This document shows, in pieces, positions 37,688-51,315 of a stretch of DNA of 58,201 nucleotides. Below the pieces are notes generated by a model. It was not told the DNA's origin and did no database searches. It saw nothing but the letters and a program-made list of their open reading frames with translations. The DNA comes from Rhina ancylostomus (taxonomy: Eukaryota), in the NCBI GenBank assembly GCA_030265395.1, contig JARFYF010000001.1, positions 97,084,241-97,142,441 on the forward strand, written 5' to 3'. The translations under genes were made by a program, and so were the position numbers. Every line of letters begins with the position of its first letter. Within the stretch, counting starts at the first letter, position 1.

Positions 37688-37990
37688 TAAAAACAGAAAA
37701 TGCTGAAAACACGCAACAGGTCAGGCAACATCTATGAAAGGAGAAATAGAGTTAACATTTCAGGTCAAAGATCCTTCATCAGAGAAAACAAGTTAGTTAT
37801 AAATTGCGGAAAGCATCATTGGGGGTGGGGTGGGGGGTTGGAATGGATAGGACAAAGGAAATATCTCTGATAAGGTGAGGCTTGGGTTGCCAAAGCGATG
37901 AGCAGTAAATGAGATCCTGTCAAGGGGTTAGTAGGGAGAGTTAGAGAGAGGAAATCTGAATAAACACACATAAAAGCTATGAAATGAGGG
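37688..37990 (-). mobile_element. Penelope-like 3' fragment with a hammerhead core
   Basis: aaaacagaaaatgctgaaaacacgcaacaggtcaggcaacatct... belongs to the same family as 20510-20675. The minus strand reads CTGATGA-AGGATCTTTGACCT-GAAA (37782-37758). Confidence 0.75.
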
Positions 37991-40853
37991 CAGTTAGAGA
38001 TTGAAAACACAAATGTAAAAATCACACAGTGTAGTGCAGGAGGACATGTCCAGCAGACCAGACTGTGCTAATGGAGAAATGTCTTTCATTGTACTCCTTT
38101 TCTTTAGCACCTTGAATTCATGATCAGAATTAAGGAAAAATATATTCTAAGTATCATACTCCGAGGATAAATGTTAACTTTTTAATTAAAATCTCAGCTG
38201 TTGCTTTTTTGAAATTCATGTCTGACTGCCCATTTTACTTAGTGCTTCATTTCCTAAACCTGTTGTACATTCATGCTTGTGCTCTCCATTCTATTTATTC
38301 AGCAGTTTCTAGTTTTTTTAAAAAAAACTCATTTCATTATATCAAAGCCAGAATATACATTCATAACTACTGTGTTTAAAAAAAAACAAACTAAACTAGA
38401 GTAAAATAAGCAGTTTGTTATGAATGAGAACTTTTAATGTTTGTGTAATCTCAATATAAACAGTTAACATGTTTCTCTTGGAAGATGATGTGTGTATTAG
38501 CTTCAAAGATCATTAGCACAAATTCTAAATGTTTTACTTCTCTCATTAGTCACACTGAATTTACACGGGTGCATGAGTTTCACCATCTCAAGTGATGAAT
38601 GATGATATCTGTCTTCTTTTGAAGAGATGCCTATTACAGCTATTATAGTCAGATTTCACATTTCCCCTCAATGAATTTCTGACCTTTTCCATTTAAAATG
38701 GGCTTTTACTAGCTGTTTCTGACAACTTAATTGGAGAATTGCATGGTATTCGCATCATCCTTATTTTAAATCAGTCAGGATATTGGCCACTTTGCTAACA
38801 TTCCATATAACTCATTGACCAATAATTTCACTTCAGTTATGATATACAAATTATTACAAAACCTTTCAAAATTCATGAACACAAACAGTATCTTCCTAAT
38901 GAAGACTCTCTTATTTTCCTCTCTTCAGTCTACCCATGCAAAGTAAAAGAAATACAATGAATGAGCCAGACCACTGACCTTTAGTGAATAGCAACAAAGT
39001 TTGAAACTGGCCCAGAGCACTGGATTAAAAACTCCGATCCTTCATGGTTGCAACAGATTTAGATGAAAGAAATTTAGACTAGCTTGAACAAGTTATTAAT
39101 TAGGATAAAATCCTGAAAATTCTCACAATGGACCACAATTTGGTACTCAGTTTGTGATGTGGCTTGCAAGGACATTATAAATCCCTTGTTTGAAAATAAA
39201 AACGTTACACTCAACCAGCATTGGAAACTGTTCTGAAGCTGAGTTAGGAGAATGTAAACAGATATTCACTCTTCATTTCGCATATGCAATATTTGGCCAA
39301 GAGATGTTTTGTTCAGAAAACATTGCACAATCGGTAGATTCTTTGGGACACCTTTGCTGACCTTGGCAAGCCCAGACATTCACCATAGAAAAAATACTTT
39401 CACAAAAGCAAAGTTAATAATGTCTTGAAAAGGGCAAGTTATGAACAATTTAGATGTCTTGCTGTCATAAACTTTTAAACAAATGGCAGTAATTTATCTC
39501 CTAAAGAAATACATGAATTTTAATCTCATTAAAATAAGGCTTTGTCACAGGTCACAATCCAGTCCACCTCTCACTGTACTAACTACCTCTAGATAAATAA
39601 AGTTAAGTTTACCATTTTTAAATACTTATTGTGTTTTAACCCCTCATAAATCTAGTTTGGAGAGGATTCAAGCCTCAAGTCAGGGTGTGGTAGACACGGG
39701 AGTTATAAAAGGATGATACAGAGCCAACAGGATCAAAGGGACTTGTGAAGAGAATTATAGGATGTTGGAATGAATGGCCTTGAATCTAAAAAGAATACTG
39801 AGCTTGGTACAGAACTATTCAAAGCTAACTTAGTAATATAACCAGGAACAAAATGAAGAAAGCAAAAATAATAATTAGGAGATTGGATGGATTTGTGTGT
39901 GTACAAAACTAATGAAGGATGGAACCTAAGGAAGGATGAGATGGAGCCAAAAGGGGAACTGTGGTAATTTGGGCAGATCTAGCTGAGCAGTTACGTGGAG
40001 TGGCTTTTGTGAACCTTAAGTGGAACTGGGAGAAAAAGTCGTTTAATAGTTCAAAGGCTTTTGATTGAAGGCATTTTAAGAGCAAGATCTCGGGAGATGC
40101 CTCCTGAGATCCAACCACCACTCTTGACCTGCTCTGCCTCCTGAGACAACCATCAGGTATGGGTGGTCCGCTTAGCCAGGTAATGATTCTCCGGAACAGG
40201 TTGGTTTGAAGTGCAGGAGGCAGGCACCTGAGTGGTGAGTTCAGATCCAGGACAGTCCAATCTTTTGAGTTAAAGAGAGAAAAGTTCTTGATAATAAGAG
40301 CCAAATATAGGGTTATATCCAGAAATCATTCATGCCAGTATGACCAATCCATGATTGGATTTATACATAATGTAACGAAAGCAGAAACATTGGAAATATT
40401 TAAGCACCAACAAATGCTACATTTGCTTAACTATAATGCCATTATAGATGAATAAAGTAAAATGGACTGAATGAAATAGACTCATCCTTACCCATCTTTT
40501 GATGTCTTTGTATATACTCTTAAAACAGTATTTTAGGTAGAAGTCTCTGATTCAATTACAAACACAAACTATAAATTAAAGCATATTGCAAATATGAATG
40601 CCTTTCTTATAAGGAGTAAAAGATTACAACCATTGTTCAAGTCAGAATGCCCTTTTCAATATAGTTTATACTGCACAAAAAAACCTTTGCAGATCATTTT
40701 ACTTAAGGGAGTGAAAGAATATTATAAATTCCATTTATCACTGCATTAAGGAAGTGCCCAAAGGGACAGTTGTCTCTCTTAAACTACCTTATGGTTCTTA
40801 CATGAACAAACCATGCCACACTGAGATTACAACATGTTGAATGTAATAACAAG

Positions 40854-41813
40854 TGGCCCAGATTTCTTAGTCAGCAGTGAAATTAATGCATTTGATAATG
40901 ATCTCAAAGAAACACGGTAGTGTAGTGGTTAGCATGATGCTATTACAGCGCCAGCGACTGGGGTTCGATTCCCGCCGCTGCCTGTAAGGAGTTTGTACGT
41001 TCTCCCGTGTCTGCGTGGATTTCCTCTGGGTGCTCTGGTTTCCTCCCGCATTCCAAAGATGTATGGGTAGGTTAACTTGGGGTTTAAAATGGGCAGTGTG
41101 GACTCATTGCGCCGAAAGGGCCTGTTACCACACTGTAAATAAAAACTTTAAAAACTTGTCCACATTTTATTCTCTATGACTTCTATTTTGCCTTTCCTGA
41201 CATCAGTTGATGTCAGCCGTCATCTTTAGAGATCCCTAGCAACAACAGTGAAGTCATCAAACAGCCCCTGTCACATTGAAGAATTCTCATGTTCTGCAAA
41301 CCAGGAAGTAAAAAGCACAATTTAATTGACATTTTAAGCATTGTACAGAGTGTGAAATGAATATTGAAACATGTATATGGGAGGCTGAAATAGCAAAAGA
41401 ATTTTTTTAAATTTTAAACAAGTGTGGAATTTTAAACTATTTAGATAAGAGAATGTCAGTCCACATACTTAAAGCTGGTTTTAGAATCAGAGAGGTTGTT
41501 AAGCAATCATTTTGGTTTAGTGAGCTTTTAAGAAGACTTGTGTGTCAAACAAGTGTGACATTTTTAGGGAACTTATTGCTTATATATAGAATATTCCTTA
41601 ATTGTTCCTATTAGTGCACTCATTCCTTCAGCTTGCCCTTGAGATGGCTTCAAAACAGCTCACTTTCTGAAGGAACAGGGACTGACAGTAGCTTCTGGAT
41701 TTCTGCATTCAACTAAACATGTGTGTACTTCAGAAGTCATTGTCAGATTTCCTCTATTTATAACAGTGAGAACTGAAAGCCTCACTATTATTCTCACCGC
41801 AAATTCCGGGCCA
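40854..41813. mobile_element. Non-autonomous DNA transposon with TGGCCC(A/G)GA(T/A)TT termini, containing a SINE insertion
   Basis: Left end tggcccagatttc (40854), right end gcaaattccgggcca (41799-41813). Internally similar in layout to 52272-53290. Confidence 0.6.
40912..41155 (+). mobile_element. tRNA-derived V-SINE/HE1-like SINE
   Basis: A-box-like tagtgtagtggttagc, B-box GGTTCGATTCC (40962), V-domain ggagtttgtacgttctcccgtgtctgcgtgg.tttcctc.gggtgctc.ggtttcctccc and an A-rich tail. Confidence 0.92.
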
Positions 41814-44800
41814 TTAATTTTATAGCAAGGCAGCATTGCTTGTGGCCCCATACAAATGAAATTGTTTGCTGGGAATGTGTTAACATGATGGTTTGCAGTC
41901 ACTCCCAATCCTATAAACCTGCCTGTCATGCACATTGTGTTCCCCTGCCCTGTTGTTCTCTATCATGTGCACTATGCTTATGGTGGAGGTTAATTCAACT
42001 GAATGGTTCTATTTTATGTTTTTAACTTGACTTCTTCATAAAAGGCACTTTATCAAATGTGGCTAGTCAGGCGTATAATGGTTTAACCATGAAATAATTA
42101 ATCTTTTTTTGTGTTTTATCTCTAGAATGTTACAGACCAATTTTACAGCAAATGGTTTTCTTAGATTCATTATTAATAATTTCTCTCAAAACCTTTATCA
42201 AAAGTTTAAAAGATTTTTGCCTTTATCCTCATCACAGTTCAGACCTTATCATAAGTCATAAAGGCAGAGGTAATTATTTTAATTGCATTCATTTTTAAAA
42301 CAAAATGCTTCAGCAGAAGATGTCACTGTATCTGAAGCTAAATAAGTACAAAGACTGCACATCTTTTGTTTATACAGCATGTTCCCATCACTCTGCTTCT
42401 AACTTTCTGCACTTCTGTCCTAGTATATTCATTTTATCATTACTGATGCTGCTTGAACATCTCGGCAGCATGTTATGGCAGCTCAGCAGGTGAGCACAGT
42501 GTGCCCTGGTCATATTCATGCCAACCAGCTGAAAACAGCACAACCTTCTAGTGGCAGCTCATTAAAAAGCCCTTAATTGGTCTTAACAATCAACAGCAGG
42601 CTTTTCCAGAAAATTTTGTTTGAGTGCTTCAATCTTTATGTTAATAGGCAGAAATCAATGAGTAATGTGAAAAGTAAATCGCAGCAAAACTTTTTTTTTC
42701 CACTTTATCTCCTGTTTAGCTGTCAGTGTTAAATAAGTTATTGCAGTTCATCAGTACTATTGAAATAATTTGGGTAATATGAAAGGATGCAATGAATTTT
42801 AGAAAATAAATCCCAATTCAGATTGGTGCCACAAAGCTAAGTTACACCTTCCCTGTCACAAATTGGTTAAATTCATAATATTCATTGTAAAAGTGGTAGA
42901 AATTTGCCACTTTTATCATGTTTTAAACTTTAACCCATCACAAGCCCACTACCATCAATGACAACACAAGGAAAAATCTAGTGATTCCAACTACTCAGGA
43001 AGAAGACAGTAACCAACGGCGACAGAGAGAAGTCAACATAATAATGAGAAAAACCAACTTGTCCTTTACATTGCTGAAGAACTCATCATTATCAAAGAAA
43101 ACAGAAACAAAAGCAAAGCTGAATGACCTTCAGATTCAATGCCCTCATTGTGCTGTGTGGCTTTGAGTGCTGAAATTCTTCAACGCAAGTACACTTTCCA
43201 AAATAATATCTGCAGAAGATCTTCAGAAATTTGGAATTTTGTGGCCAAGGGGAACCAAGGGCACCATCAGAGCACAAACTTAAAAATATTATCCATTCAC
43301 TGAAAAGGAGAATTTGGAAATGGTTTGGGCATGTGTGTCAAATGCACAGCACAGACCAGCCCTATTCTGGACACCAGATGGGAAGTGTATAAGATGTCAA
43401 CACAAGGAGTCATGGCAAAGTACAAAGGAGTGAAAGTGTGCAGCCTTACATGGGGTACTATCATCAGCCATAGGCCAACAGCAGCAGTCCTACATAATGA
43501 TTTGCTTACCTTGCACGGGTCAGCTTGTTCTTGACTGTCATGATTGTGCTTTATAACCTGGAAGTTGGGAATGAGCCGAAGGTCAGATGTTGACACATCT
43601 GACCTCCTGCTCAGCTCATGATCTCAGCACTGTCCACGGGCAGAACACAAATGCCTAGCATTTGCACAGAGCCCACTTGTTTGAATAGCATCGTCTACCT
43701 TGATTGAAATGGAAACTGTGGGGAAGCAGTTGTCTTTTGTTTTTAATTAATTTTCAGCTTTTCAAAGTGTCTTTAAGTAAATTTATTTTTAAGTAATTTT
43801 CTTATTTCTGTGTTTAAATCTATTTGACTGCTCTTAAATGTTGATAATCATCAGAGACATTTAAAAGCAATTCAAAGGCTTTTGAAGCAGAGAGTCTCCA
43901 GGGGCAAAGTCAGAGGCCTAAGCACCACTCTCATAGCAAAGTGCCTTGCAGCAAGGGTCCCAATACAATCAGACCCAAGGGGCAGCAAGTTCTAAGTGTG
44001 GGTGGCAACTGGAATGGCAGCTACATTGAGCACTGTGCAGCCCGATGTTTGTTCTTTGTGATGAATGAATATAATATGCTTACTGATACCTCATTGTGCC
44101 TCATTTTGTAAAAAAAATCATGCGTTGAACATTTGTCATTTTATCAATGAGTAAATAGCCAAAACTATTTTAAGTCATTCAGATGTTAGAACTGATGATT
44201 TCCTTTAATCTCTTGATATTTCACATTGTCTCAAACCATATCTCATCCACTATCTCCTTGCAACCGAGGCTGAAACTACTGGACACATCTATCTGTTGTG
44301 TGTGATGTCTGGTTGATAAAACTGAGCTCGTACTTCCAAGTTAATGCCAGTGCCAAGGAACTATATTTGTATTTTCTTCGATGCATGTAACACTCTGGTT
44401 ACTGAATGGCTAATTTCTTGGTATGAGAATTCAGGTGGGAGTGCTATTTTATTCTAATATTAAAAATAATCACTTTAAATTTGTGATGGGAGTGAGACAA
44501 TTAAGCACTTATTCTATATTTTAAGACTGTAAGTAATGTTTGAAGGAGGGGAGACATAGAGTTATGTGGGGTGGGGGGAAGACATGCAGTTACAGTTGGT
44601 GTCAAATTACTATTTTCTTTAGTCTCTGAAGTATGTGACATTATTTTTATGAGAGGTTAATAAATGTTAACAATACATTTCTTACGTGCATTGCAACTTT
44701 CTTTTTGCTCTGCTTGTTTTAAACAAATGAAGTATATAAGTTCTGTCTTAAATGCTATGAATTGGCATCTATTGATGTTTAAATTGTGTATTTTGCACAG

Positions 44801-47672
44801 ATTTTGTGCAACTGAGGTGTTTATTAGTCCAATCAAATTAGATGTGCTAATCTAAGGAATTTAGTTTTCAAAAGCCATATTTATAAGGTACATGAGCATG
44901 TTTGATTCATAGTTTCATTGTTTTCTGCAAGCTCAGCACCGATTGTGCCAGTATGTAACACGTTATATTTTCTTAGTTTAGGCCAGCGTATTAGCATGAT
45001 GTCTTGCCTGGTGGCATTACATGTGGATAATTATAATAAGAAATAGAGAGGACACTAAGAACATAATACCCTATTATGAGCAAGATAATAACTATATTGT
45101 AAGTCACTGCAGTACTAATACCAAGAAAGATTAAATATAGGTACAAATAAAACACAAAATCTTCCTGGACTCTCAAACATTTACAGAGAGATATTTCTTT
45201 AATGTACAAGCATATATACTAGGCTTAATGAACCATTGCAAAAATATTAAATTTTACAATAGAAGTTGAAAGTGCAATTAACATTTGCTTAGAAATTGAC
45301 TAACTCAGTGTACTTTTAATCCAATCCAATGTCAAGTCCTTATTTGTCAATAAAACATTCTGAAAGATCTGCTGGAAGGGAATGGCTTTATTTCCAATTG
45401 ATTTTGTTTTTCCTGATTAATATGGTCAGGAGAACAGTTTGACTTGCCTCAGTGATTGTGCAAATGCTGGGAGAATTAATCTGCTAACTGTATTGTGAAA
45501 TTTATTTTTTTCAGTTTGTAGTTAAAGGATACCAAATTCCTGTCAACCTGATTCCTGATCCAGTTATATTATCTCTAGCATCACTTTCAGTTTGAACAAC
45601 CATCCTGCAATAAACTCATTTATTAAGTCAATTCATTGATTTTAACTGGAATGAAATAGTTGAAAAGAGATGCCTAAAAAATTGAAAGTAAGAAGAAATC
45701 ATGCTTATCTCTTGAGGGATTGTTTTATAATCATAGGTTGACAGATGGCCAAGGTCCAATTTTTGCTTTAAACCATTTTTGCTTTCAACATTAGCTGGTT
45801 GCTGATGCATTATTTTGTTGAGAGTTGGAAAGCTAAAAAATTATCCTGTTTTTCAAACAGTAAAAATATGTAGTTGAAAATAGCCAAAGAAAATTTACAG
45901 AAGTGTAAATATGCAAAATTTCATATCCTGCCCAAACTTAACAGGATTTGTGTAACTTATACCTTTATTATTAATTTCCAAGCCCCATAATTCAAAAGTT
46001 CTAAAACTTTTAAAGCAGCTAAGATCTTCAACCTGCCACCATATTTATGGTGATGGAGATGTGTAAAGGCAGGTATTTTCGTAGCAGATTTAAATCAGGC
46101 TCTAACAATGCAATTGGAAGCCTCCTTTTTCTTCCATGCCACGATTAGGAATATCCCTTCAATCACATACCCTTATTTCCTTCTCCCTCCATCTCACATT
46201 AGCCTGTTTCCCTCTCCCAAGCTCCAATTTCCTGTTTTCTCTCTCCCTGTTGGCAGTCCCATTCCCTACTCACCACTGCCTACCGAACCTTGAACTTACA
46301 CTCCCTCCTCTCCTCTTGCTATATCGATCCCAAAACTCTTCAGTTGTGGTTCTTTTGCACTGATTTTGCTGATTGACTGCTGAACTGGACATTGAAGTAA
46401 AAAGTATAATGAGGTTCTGTCATCAAATTCAGTGGGACCTGTGTGCCCAACTTTGCCAGATGTTCCTTGTATCACTGCACTCTTTCAGATCACTCTGAAC
46501 TCCTATCAAGACCTGCCTGAGTCAAAGTTGCACCTTCACCTTTGTTCCTGACTTGAACCTAAATTTTCTCAAAACATTTGTCAGATTCCTTTTGAAGCGT
46601 AACAAGAAGTAACAGGAGCCTATTGTCAGCTCCATGCCCTTGGTCTTACTAATTTTGTGAAGGGAAAATGTGGGTTTTCACCTTAATAAAGCAACTAGGA
46701 TCCTTGGTGTTGTCAGGATTCTAGAAGATGTAACTGGGTGCAGGCTTGCCTACACTATGATGATTTTTTTTTAACTGAAAGGACTCGATACATTTTGGGG
46801 AGCCAGTAAACTGAGAGCAGTGGGGTGTACTGACCTCCAGATGGAGCCCTAGCAATGAGAAGAGAGGTTCCACCTAATGAAAACAGCACAGTGCCGAAAG
46901 AAAGATTAAAACTCACCTGAGTCAACTTCCTAACACAAGGGTTAAGGAGAAGATGAATGGAATTTTGAGGAGAGAGAATGCCAGGTGTATGCAATAATTA
47001 CAGGCAAGTAGTGGATCCTCTGACCAAATGGGGCTGGTGAGCCATTGAGATGGACCCACTCAACCCATCCGTGCACATGAGTTTCCCCCAACTGGTGAGT
47101 TTATTGGGTCAGTGCTGGAGAACACAGAAGGGTGAAATATTGGCACAGCTGCTCGATCCATAACTCAGGGAATTTATGGCCATTCAACATGACTGGCTTA
47201 CCCTTCACCCACTCTTTTCTTGTGATTACATCTACCTCTTGTGACCCTATGGTACCAATCTACCGTGAAGCTTGATAATGAGTTATAGTTAAAATCACCT
47301 CAATAAATACAACTTTTTTCAACTTAACAAAAAAACAAATTTGCTTAAAGATACCTTAAACAATTTGAATTTAATTGAAGGCATTAAATAAAATAAAGAA
47401 AAATAAATAAACTTTTTAAAACACAATCAACTACAGCATTCAAATGAATGTGTTTGCCTGCATTGCTCATCTCTGACTTCTGCATTTCGATCCATAGATG
47501 TAGAAGTCAGAAACGAGCTGGCCCACAAGGAAGATGTTACTGGCAGTTCCCTGTGGAACCGCTGGCCAGAGGTAAATAAATATAGACCCACGGTGTATTT
47601 CAAAATTAGTTACTGAAGTATCTATTTAGTGAATTGGCATAATTAAAAGACAACTGTGTTTTATTTTGAAAT

Positions 47673-47743
47673 TATACAATAAAGTTTTATGTCCACAAAA
47701 GCCCATCATATACAATAAAGTTTTATGTCCACAAAAGCCCATC
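47673..47743 (+). repeat. Perfect tandem duplication (36-bp period, two copies)
   Basis: tatacaataaagttttatgtccacaaaagcccatc at 47673 and at 47709. Confidence 0.95.
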
Positions 47744-49461
47744 TTTCTTTGATAGCAGTGAGCGAATTCAACAGCATGAACCGTTTAAGAAACAGATTAA
47801 TATGGTTTTAATTATGATTTGTGTTAAATCATTGTAATGGTGAGTGCAATTTTAGCTTTTTTTATTTTATAGATGGTAGTTAAGTCAGTGTTTTGTGTTG
47901 TGCAGAGTAAAATAATGTGTGTAAATAAATCAAATCACATAGACTCTTCCTCATTATAAATGTAGTCACAGTACTCCTGAAACTTTAACAACACCATGGG
48001 CAAATTGGCTCTTAAATTATGTTAGGTCTGTCTTGCAGTTTTAAAAAGAAAAAACATTTTTTAAGAACAGAAGAGGAATTATGCAGGCTCCATAACACAT
48101 TCCTTTTACTGAGATTAATTTTTTCTAATTGTTTTCTTGATATCCCTTTTCTCTTTCTCCTGGTGTATGAAATTAAATGTATTTTTATTCATTTATGTTG
48201 ACTGCTATCAAGTATTTTTTATTCTGCTGTTACTGAACTTCAAGGTGGATGACAAACTGTATTTTTGATTCTCTTATTCCTTAATAGTCCTACTCTTCAT
48301 ACAGCAAGTATCAAATTCTGTACTGTAAAGCGATAATTTACTATTATACATTGGCATATAAAGGATTTGATATTATATCAACTGTTCATTCATGATTTAG
48401 TGACATTGTCTCAAACACTTAGTATATTCCGTAGCACATTTCTTAGGATTTTCTCCTCGTGAGTTCCTCAGGTAAACCAAGAAAATTGCTTTCATTTTCC
48501 TATGTGGATCTGTTAAAGCAGTCCCAAGATTAATTGTTTTTCATTCCCTTAGATTCTTTTATAATTATTTCTTGCTCACTTTGAAGTGACAAGAGTAAAT
48601 TAAACTTTGTTGTTCTGCATGAATTTTTGAATGAAATAATTTGAGATGACAGTGAAGAGTTAAGTAATGCGCATAACACCATCAAAACTGAAAAGAGTAG
48701 GAGAGAAGATAAGTAAAGATTCAGTGATTAACTAACTGGACTTCAAAAATGTTTTTGTAGATTGAAGGAATGCAACTTTCACCGTTTACAAAAAATATTC
48801 TTTGCATTTTAATAATAGTATAATGTAAATTTCAGGCAAAATAGATCCGTTCCAAACATCTTTAACCCAAAAAGTACAAAAACAGATGGTATTAATGATA
48901 GCATAAAGGCTTCCCTATATCTCCTATAACTTTGAGTTGGGAGGTAAGGTGACAGGAAAAAACGAATATGTAAAATTTAACAACTCTAGGTCCCCTAATC
49001 GCAATCTTTCAAACCTCATTTGTTCTCATCCTCCCCAAAATGTTCATTTCTTGAGGTGGTTTAGTTAGCTCAACCTAGCTAATTTTATTTATCTATTCCA
49101 AGTTATGTGTATCAGGTTCATTAAAATATTTTAAATAACTAAATAAATACTGATGAATATACATTCTTCATAATTTCTTTCTTCATTACTTAACATATTA
49201 AATTGTATGTGTTACATAAATGTAGACTCAAAACTAATTTAACAGCTAAACTGAGGCTACTCAACTCTTTTACATGGATCTAAAGAATGTTGCAATTCAC
49301 ATTACACTTGAATACAAATGTACAAATGGACGTAATCAATGTAAAGGAATTGTGTCAATAAAAAGTATCACTTTAATCTCAGTGAGGAAAGGAGCATGTT
49401 GCACAGATACTATTTGGGCAAGTAAAGCATTGCCAACAGAAAACCTCTCTGGTTTAAAGAG

Positions 49462-49830
49462 TAACATGGTGGTGCATAGGTGAGAGTTGATGCTTCACCG
49501 CTCTAGGGACCTGGGTTCGATCCTGATCTTAAGTGCAATCTATGTGAGGTTTGTACGCTCTCTTTGTGACCAACAGTTTCCTCTGGGAGCTCTGATTTCA
49601 TCTCGCCTACCAAAACTGTGCTGCTTGCTCAATTGATTTCTGTAAATTACCGTCTAGTATAGGTTAATGGCAAAAAAAATCAAAGTGGGGTTGATGGGCA
49701 TTTGTGAGAGAAAGTATGTTGCAGGGATACAAGGAAATAAGGAGAAGGGAAATGGGACTGTTGGGATTCTCCCCGGCAAGCCAGCATGCACCCACAGGGC
49801 CAAATGGTCTCCTTCAATGTTGTTATATGG
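49462..49830 (+). mobile_element. tRNA-derived V-SINE-like element
   Basis: B-box GGTTCGATCC (49514), degenerate V-domain, CR1-derived tail gggccaaatggtctccttc. Confidence 0.85.
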
Positions 49831-51094
49831 TAAATGGGCACAGGAAAGAAGCTGTAATGCATACGCATCTTCAGATTGCATTCCCTTCAATGGCACATCA
49901 CCATGAGCGGTATACGATCACTGAATCTACCTTGTAGTGTAGCCTAGCTCTCCATCCATGTATCAATAAGCTTTGCAGAATGTAAAGAAATTAACTTTTT
50001 AGCATGAACAAAGTTTTCAAAACTGCAATGGAAGTTGTATGTGATATAAAATTCTGTAACCGTGGAATCTTGTATCCATAAAATAGAATTCAGGGGAAAC
50101 GTCTAAAACAAAGAGACAAAGTTTTTAATCCTGAAATAGCTAAAGAGTAGGGAATTTCTCCTCTTCTCAAAAATCAACAGAAAAGAAAATGTTTTCCCAC
50201 AAACAGTGTCTGCAAAAATGACTTGGCCCAAATCTTCTACACAAAAAAATCCAGCTTTTCTGCACATAAATATTAGGACTCCCAGACAAACATGCACAAA
50301 CACCAAAGTCCCAAACTTCTGCACAGCTGATCACTACAGATAAGACCACTGTGTTCCAGTGCTAGACTACATGTGGAACGCAAACATTTGCAGTTTTCCA
50401 CCGTAATTCAGCCCGCTGATTAGATCTGACACAGTGCTGTGACTCTGCATTTCAATGAAGAATGCCTGCATGTAGGAAAGGTAGGTTTCAGAAAATGTAT
50501 TACTTTTAACTTATTTGAGGTAATTTTCAAGTATTTGTGCCTTCTAGTCTTTGAGTCTAATTGTTTTACTTTTTATTTATTTTCAGCATTGTAATAGTAT
50601 GTTTTATTGTTAGTAATTTTTAATGTCAGAGACATTCACAAACATTCAAGCTGTTTAACAGCTTTACCAGTTGGTTCTGTCTGGGGGCATGGTCTGAAGC
50701 AGCCCTCAAAGCACTTCAGTGGGATTTACAATCAGACAGCCCTTGCTACTCAGGGGCTCATTGATCAAACCAGGCACAGGTTTGCTGAGGAAGTTCATGT
50801 CTCTGGACCCACTCAAGATCAGATCAAGTTTCATGGTCAGGTGGTTGACAAGCATGGATTGCTCCAAAGAAGCTTTGGACCCTGTCTTTACTCAGGGAGT
50901 AAGAATGTTCGGATCTACATGATGGCTCTGAAGAGGAAAGCATGTTTTGCACTTACTGTTTCGCTTATTTGAGGGTAGAAGTACAGCTTTTCATGGTTGT
51001 GAATCAAGCAGAAAAGGCCTTAGAGAGGGGTTAATGTGATCTAGAGCCTAACTTCTTGACTTCAGATCTGGAACACCTGCATCTCCATGCTGGT

Positions 51095-51315
51095 TGAAGC
51101 AGAGAATGTGATGAAAATGGGAGAGTAGTTAGGGTCTGGAATTCACTGCCTTTAAGGCTGGTGGGGACAGAGTCAATCAATAATTTCAAAAGGAAATTCA
51201 ATAGGCAGAACTGTGGAGAAAGATTAAGGGAATGGATAGATAGGATGGTTTTTTCTTAACACGTATGACCTCATTGGGCTAATCAACTTCCTTGTGTCCC
51301 ATAACAATTCTCTGA
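51095..51315 (+). mobile_element. Degraded CR1 3' end
   Basis: gagagtagttagggtctggaattcactgcct...gcagaactgtggagaaag...tgggctaatcaacttcc. Confidence 0.65.

Noticed and set aside
39909-40304. 131-aa minus-strand ORF with an acceptor-like tract
   Set aside because: No recognisable domain, no convincing donor and no partner exons.
40912-40985. tRNA gene (A and B boxes)
   Set aside because: It continues into a V-domain and tail, so it is a SINE head. The same applies at 49462 and 52798.
50607-50972. 121-aa plus-strand ORF as the next fmn1 exon
   Set aside because: No similarity to the expected LK.AQ..V.KLT.EKKVETKKI segment, which I could not find anywhere in the window. It probably lies beyond 58201.
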